Shown piece after piece: positions 61,144-64,000 of a stretch of 64,000 nt of DNA. The notes below the pieces were generated by a model, which was given only the letters and a program-made list of their open reading frames with translations, was not told the DNA's origin and made no database searches. Origin of the DNA: an uncultured Candidatus Saccharibacteria bacterium (GTDB taxonomy: Bacteria > Patescibacteriota > Minisyncoccia > Minisyncoccales > CAYJUL01). Every line of letters starts with the position of its first letter. Positions within the stretch are counted from its first letter, which is position 1. Where the stretch lies: the NCBI GenBank assembly GCA_964401295.1, contig CAYNXX010000001.1, positions 35,671-99,670 on the forward strand, given 5' to 3'. A program made the position numbers and the translations under genes.

Positions 61144-62823
61144 TTAAATTGCATATCTATTTGTAATCGGCATCCTTCTGTCTTTTCCGAAAGCTTTTGG
61201 CGTTATTTTTATTCCGGGCGGAGCTTGACGGCGTTTATATTCGTTTTTATCCACCATCGCCGCGACCTTACGCGCAACGGCGCCGGAAAATCCCATATCA
61301 ATAATTTCTTTTATGCTTTTATCTTCCTCAACGTATGCTTTAAGTATCGGATCTAAAATATCGTAAGGCGGCAAACTGTCAGTATCTTTTTGTCCGGGCC
61401 GCAATTCTGCTGAAGGAGCTTTTTCCAATACGCGTTGCGGTATGACCTGACCCAATGAATTTCTGTATTGCGCGAGCTGATAGACCAAAACCTTCGGCAC
61501 GTCTTTTATAACCGCAAATCCGCCGGCGGTATCGCCGTATAAAGTCGCATAGCCGACGCTTGTTTCCGATTTGTTACCAGTTGTCAAGACCAGCCAGCCG
61601 AATTTGTTAGCTAGGGCCATTAAAATGTTGCCCCTGATGCGCGCCTGCAGATTTTCTTCCGTTACGTCGCTTTTACATCCCTTAAATTCGCTATGCAAGA
61701 TGCGAAGATACGTTTTAAATATCTGTCCGATCGGAACCGTAAGAAATTTTATGCTCATCCCATTTGCTAATGATTTCGCATCGTCTTTAGAAATCTTGGA
61801 AGTAAAAGGTGAAGGCATAGAAACGCCGATGACATTACAGCTGCCCAAAGCATCCACGGCCAGCGCCGCGACCAAAGAAGAATCTATACCGCCGCTAAAC
61901 CCGATTACAACTTTTTTAAAACCATTTTTGCTTATGTAATCTTTTAATCCTAGCAAAAGAGCTTTATATACTTCTTCAACCACCGGCAATGGCTGCACCT
62001 CTTTAGGAATAATTTTTGTTTTGTTTTTATGCTCTTTTATATTTAAAATAGAAATCATTTTTGCTGAATCTTTGCTTTTTATCTGCGCTCCGCCGCCGGC
62101 AATTTCCAAATCCGCAAGCAATAAATCTTCTTTAAAAGCTTTTGCCCGACCTATAATACTGCCATCCGGAGCCACAATCATGCTTTGGCCGTCAAAAACA
62201 AGCTCGTCCTGTCCGCCGACCAGATTGACATAAACAATGTACGCGCCGTAAGCTCTAGCCTGGTTTTTTACAATTGTCTCTCTGTCGCGCCATTTTCCAA
62301 AGTGATAGGGCGAAGCGTTTAAAACGAAAATTATTTTAGCGCCTTTTGCCGCCTCGGCACGTCCAGGCCCGTCGGTAAACCAAATATCTTCGCAAATCGT
62401 TACGCCGAAAATTTTAGTGAGGGCCCGAACGACTAAGGCCTCGCATCCAGGCTTAAAATAGCGCTTTTCGTCAAAAACGCCGTAATTTGGCAAAATGGCC
62501 TTGTGATAAATAGTTCTTATTTTTCCGCGATAAATAATTGCCGCGGCGTTATAAATATTCCTGTCCTCTCGGTCCACAAAGCCCACCATGACGATTATAT
62601 TGCCTACCGAGGCGGCCAAGGTTCTCAATTTTTTAATGTTATCTTCAATAAAACCTGATTTAAGCAATAAATCTTCCGGCGGATAACCTGTCATTGCAAG
62701 CTCCGGAAAACAAACAACATCAACGCCGTTTTGTTCGGCTTTTTTTATACATTGTCGGATTTTCTTAAAGTTTCCCGAAAAATCTCCTACTGTGCAATTA
62801 ATTTGCGCTAACGCAATGCGCAT
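61144..62823 (-). CDS. nadE: glutamine-dependent NAD+ synthetase
   Basis: An N-terminal nitrilase-type domain (MRIALAQINCTVGD, CFPELAMTGY, ICEDIW) plus a synthetase domain with the PP-loop GFSGGIDSS. Start set at ATG 62821-62823. The ORF-track extension overlaps the upstream gene. Confidence 0.88.
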   Translation of the reverse strand: MRIALAQINCTVGDFSGNFKKIRQCIKKAEQNGVDVVCFPELAMTGYPPEDLLLKSGFIEDNIKKLRTLAASVGNIIVMVGFVDREDRNIYNAAAIIYRGKIRTIYHKAILPNYGVFDEKRYFKPGCEALVVRALTKIFGVTICEDIWFTDGPGRAEAAKGAKIIFVLNASPYHFGKWRDRETIVKNQARAYGAYIVYVNLVGGQDELVFDGQSMIVAPDGSIIGRAKAFKEDLLLADLEIAGGGAQIKSKDSAKMISILNIKEHKNKTKIIPKEVQPLPVVEEVYKALLLGLKDYISKNGFKKVVIGFSGGIDSSLVAALAVDALGSCNVIGVSMPSPFTSKISKDDAKSLANGMSIKFLTVPIGQIFKTYLRILHSEFKGCKSDVTEENLQARIRGNILMALANKFGWLVLTTGNKSETSVGYATLYGDTAGGFAVIKDVPKVLVYQLAQYRNSLGQVIPQRVLEKAPSAELRPGQKDTDSLPPYDILDPILKAYVEEDKSIKEIIDMGFSGAVARKVAAMVDKNEYKRRQAPPGIKITPKAFGKDRRMPITNRYAI

Positions 62824-62920
62824 ATATGCGGTGTTTACATTTTCGCTCGGGAAAAACAGCGCCGGGAACGCGTAGTTCCGACCTGATCGGTCGGACTGCT
62901 CTCTCGGCGGTTTATTCCAC

Positions 62921-63673
62921 TTATTTCCAGTCTTCAAGCGCTTTTTCGTATCTTTCCCATGTGCCGCAATCCGCCCAGCGACCCTCAAATTTAAATCCGG
63001 CCAGCCGTCCTTCTTTGGCTAATTTTGGAAAAATATCTTTTTCAATCATCAAAAACTTTGGCCCCGGATGATAATCAAAAATGTGCGGCGATAAAAGATA
63101 TAAGCCCGAATTGATATAATCGAAAACTGGATTCCGGCCTGACCAATTCTTTTTCAACTGCGAAATTTGAAAAGCTGACGGCTTCTCTAAAAAATCTTTA
63201 ACCAAGTAATTATCGCATAAAACTGTACCGTAATCCTGCGGATTAGGAACGCGAACTAATGCCACAGTTGCGAGCGCATTTGTTTTCTTGTGGAAGGCCG
63301 CCATTTCTGCAAGATCAATTTCCTTTAATTCGTCGCCGTTGGTCATAAAAAAATGGCCATTATTAGCCCATTTACGCAAAAAATGCAAACCTCCAAAAGT
63401 TCCAAGGGGTTCTTGTTCCTTAAAAAATTCAATGTTTTGCTTTGGATAGTAACGCCTTTTCCACCATTCAAAATCGTCGCGAAAATCCGTACTGATCATA
63501 ACCGCTAAACTCTCAACTCCGTGCGCCAAAAATAAATCCGCCAAATAGTTTAAAATCGGCTTTCTTGCCACCGGCAAAAGAGGCTTGGGCAACTGTTTAG
63601 TTATTGGATAAAGACGCGTCCCCTTGCCTCCGGCAAGGATGACTGCTTTTTTGACTATAAAATCGGCTGCCAT
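62921..63673 (-). CDS. sugar-1-phosphate nucleotidyltransferase
   Basis: AVILAGGKGTRLYPITKQLPKPLLPVARKPIL. Confidence 0.78.
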   Translation of the reverse strand: MAADFIVKKAVILAGGKGTRLYPITKQLPKPLLPVARKPILNYLADLFLAHGVESLAVMISTDFRDDFEWWKRRYYPKQNIEFFKEQEPLGTFGGLHFLRKWANNGHFFMTNGDELKEIDLAEMAAFHKKTNALATVALVRVPNPQDYGTVLCDNYLVKDFLEKPSAFQISQLKKNWSGRNPVFDYINSGLYLLSPHIFDYHPGPKFLMIEKDIFPKLAKEGRLAGFKFEGRWADCGTWERYEKALEDWK

Positions 63674-63743
63674 ATTGAAACCTTACTACAAAAACGGCTA
63701 AATGGCAAGAGAAAGAGTTCTTTATTAATTAAATCGAAAACGG

Positions 63744-64000
63744 CTATTGTTTTACCTCTATCTTAAGCGTATTCCAGCCGTTTTTCTGAAAACCATCCAA
63801 TATTGCTTGGTATGTTTCAGATTTTTTAGGCTCCAGATTGTTAATCAAGCCTTGTTTATATTGATCTTCTTGATTTTTTTCCCACATTCTTTCAATTTTT
63901 ATCGCGCCGGTAAGGGCTCGAATAAAGCCATCTTTATCTTTGTCTATATAAAGATTGAGCATAAATTGTTCGTAGATTTTTCTCAAAACTGAAATCTCTT
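63744..64000 (-). CDS. hypothetical protein, C-terminal part (frame stays open to the right window edge)
   Basis: The track ORF begins at a TTG (63984-63986), but the frame has no stop before 64000, so the gene probably starts outside the window. The C-terminus NGWNTLKIEVKQ is faintly DUF1080-like. Confidence 0.35.
   Translation of the reverse strand, partial: EISVLRKIYEQFMLNLYIDKDKDGFIRALTGAIKIERMWEKNQEDQYKQGLINNLEPKKSETYQAILDGFQKNGWNTLKIEVKQ

Noticed and set aside
62824-62988. 5' extensions of ORF-track entries that overlap the preceding gene: nadE (to 62988), the WbaP-like transferase (to 35736), the GalE-like SDR (to 42253), the GT4 gene (to 59032) and gmhB (to 39269).
   Set aside because: In each case an internal ATG produces the conserved family N-terminus (MRIALAQIN, MKISNVLW, MRIIITG, MKILFVQP, MKKPAVFFDRDG) and removes a long overlap. 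Several of these starts create the ATGA junction typical of this genome.
1-64000. The many 60-210-aa ORFs antisense to or nested within the annotated genes (for example 168-494+, 2194-2604+, 8274-8720+, 25296-25928+, 31725-32180+, 49206-49583+).
   Set aside because: All lie opposite or inside genes with strong family signatures. They have skewed low-complexity compositions and lack independent start or SD context. These are shadow ORFs.
1-64000. Mobile elements, prophage or integron cassettes, considered because of the large accessory-looking glycan island and the palindromic repeats.
   Set aside because: I found no integrase, transposase, recombinase or phage structural gene. I found no terminal inverted or direct repeats bracketing the island. 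The hairpin repeats have inter-repeat gaps too short (173-271 nt) to be attC-bounded gene cassettes.

Overview
This is a compact, AT-rich (about 40% G+C in the samples I counted), very gene-dense bacterial window. I support about 75 CDS, and all but one are on the minus strand. Many have 4-nt ATGA start/stop overlaps. The reduced protein architectures (ProRS without an editing domain, a 558-aa AlaRS, an extended S9, two MreB paralogues) and the gene content fit a small-genome, CPR/Patescibacteria-like organism. That assignment is an inference, not a database result.

Content from left to right:
- 1-5.4 kb: a dNMP/dTMP metabolism cluster (Nudix fragment, NDT/Rcl-like protein, deoC, long thyX-like gene, MazG-like/PEP-swivel fusion, tmk, dut, dCMP deaminase), preceded by an initiator-type tRNA-Met with its own promoter.
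- 5.5-10.3 kb: a membrane protein with an HEPN-like motif, gatCA, an mreB paralogue and proS.
- 10.3-11.8 kb: a 1.5-kb gap with no credible ORF and higher G+C. It carries four plus-strand sigma70-consensus promoters, a perfect 64-nt duplicated 5' module, four copies of a roughly 48-nt hairpin, and a bidirectional terminator. I read this as a candidate ~1-kb structured ncRNA plus a short paralogue. I cannot place it in any known family, and it is the most interesting item here.
- 11.8-16.7 kb: rseP, frr, holB, mreB, murA.
- 16.9-18.2 kb: the only plus-strand protein gene (PEGA domain plus a propeller-like region).
- 18.3-23.2 kb: a Cas4-like nuclease fused onto the rplM-rpsI operon, then rplQ-rpoA-rpsD-rpsK-rpsM-rpmJ-infA. 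rpmJ is missing from the ORF track.
- 23.2-30.8 kb: an FtsA/PilM-like pair, alaS, mnmA, tpiA.
- 30.8-63.7 kb: a ~33-kb glycan island. It holds a complete GDP-heptose operon (gmhA, hddA, gmhB, hddC plus a transaldolase), several SDR epimerases/dehydratases, many GT2/GT4 enzymes, an RGP/GT75-like protein, Wzx/Wzy-like proteins, three FkbM-type and two class I methyltransferases, then nadE.

I saw no rRNA, CRISPR array, transposase or prophage genes. All calls come from reading the translations and the DNA by eye. No searches or folding programs were run, and RNA boundaries are approximate.
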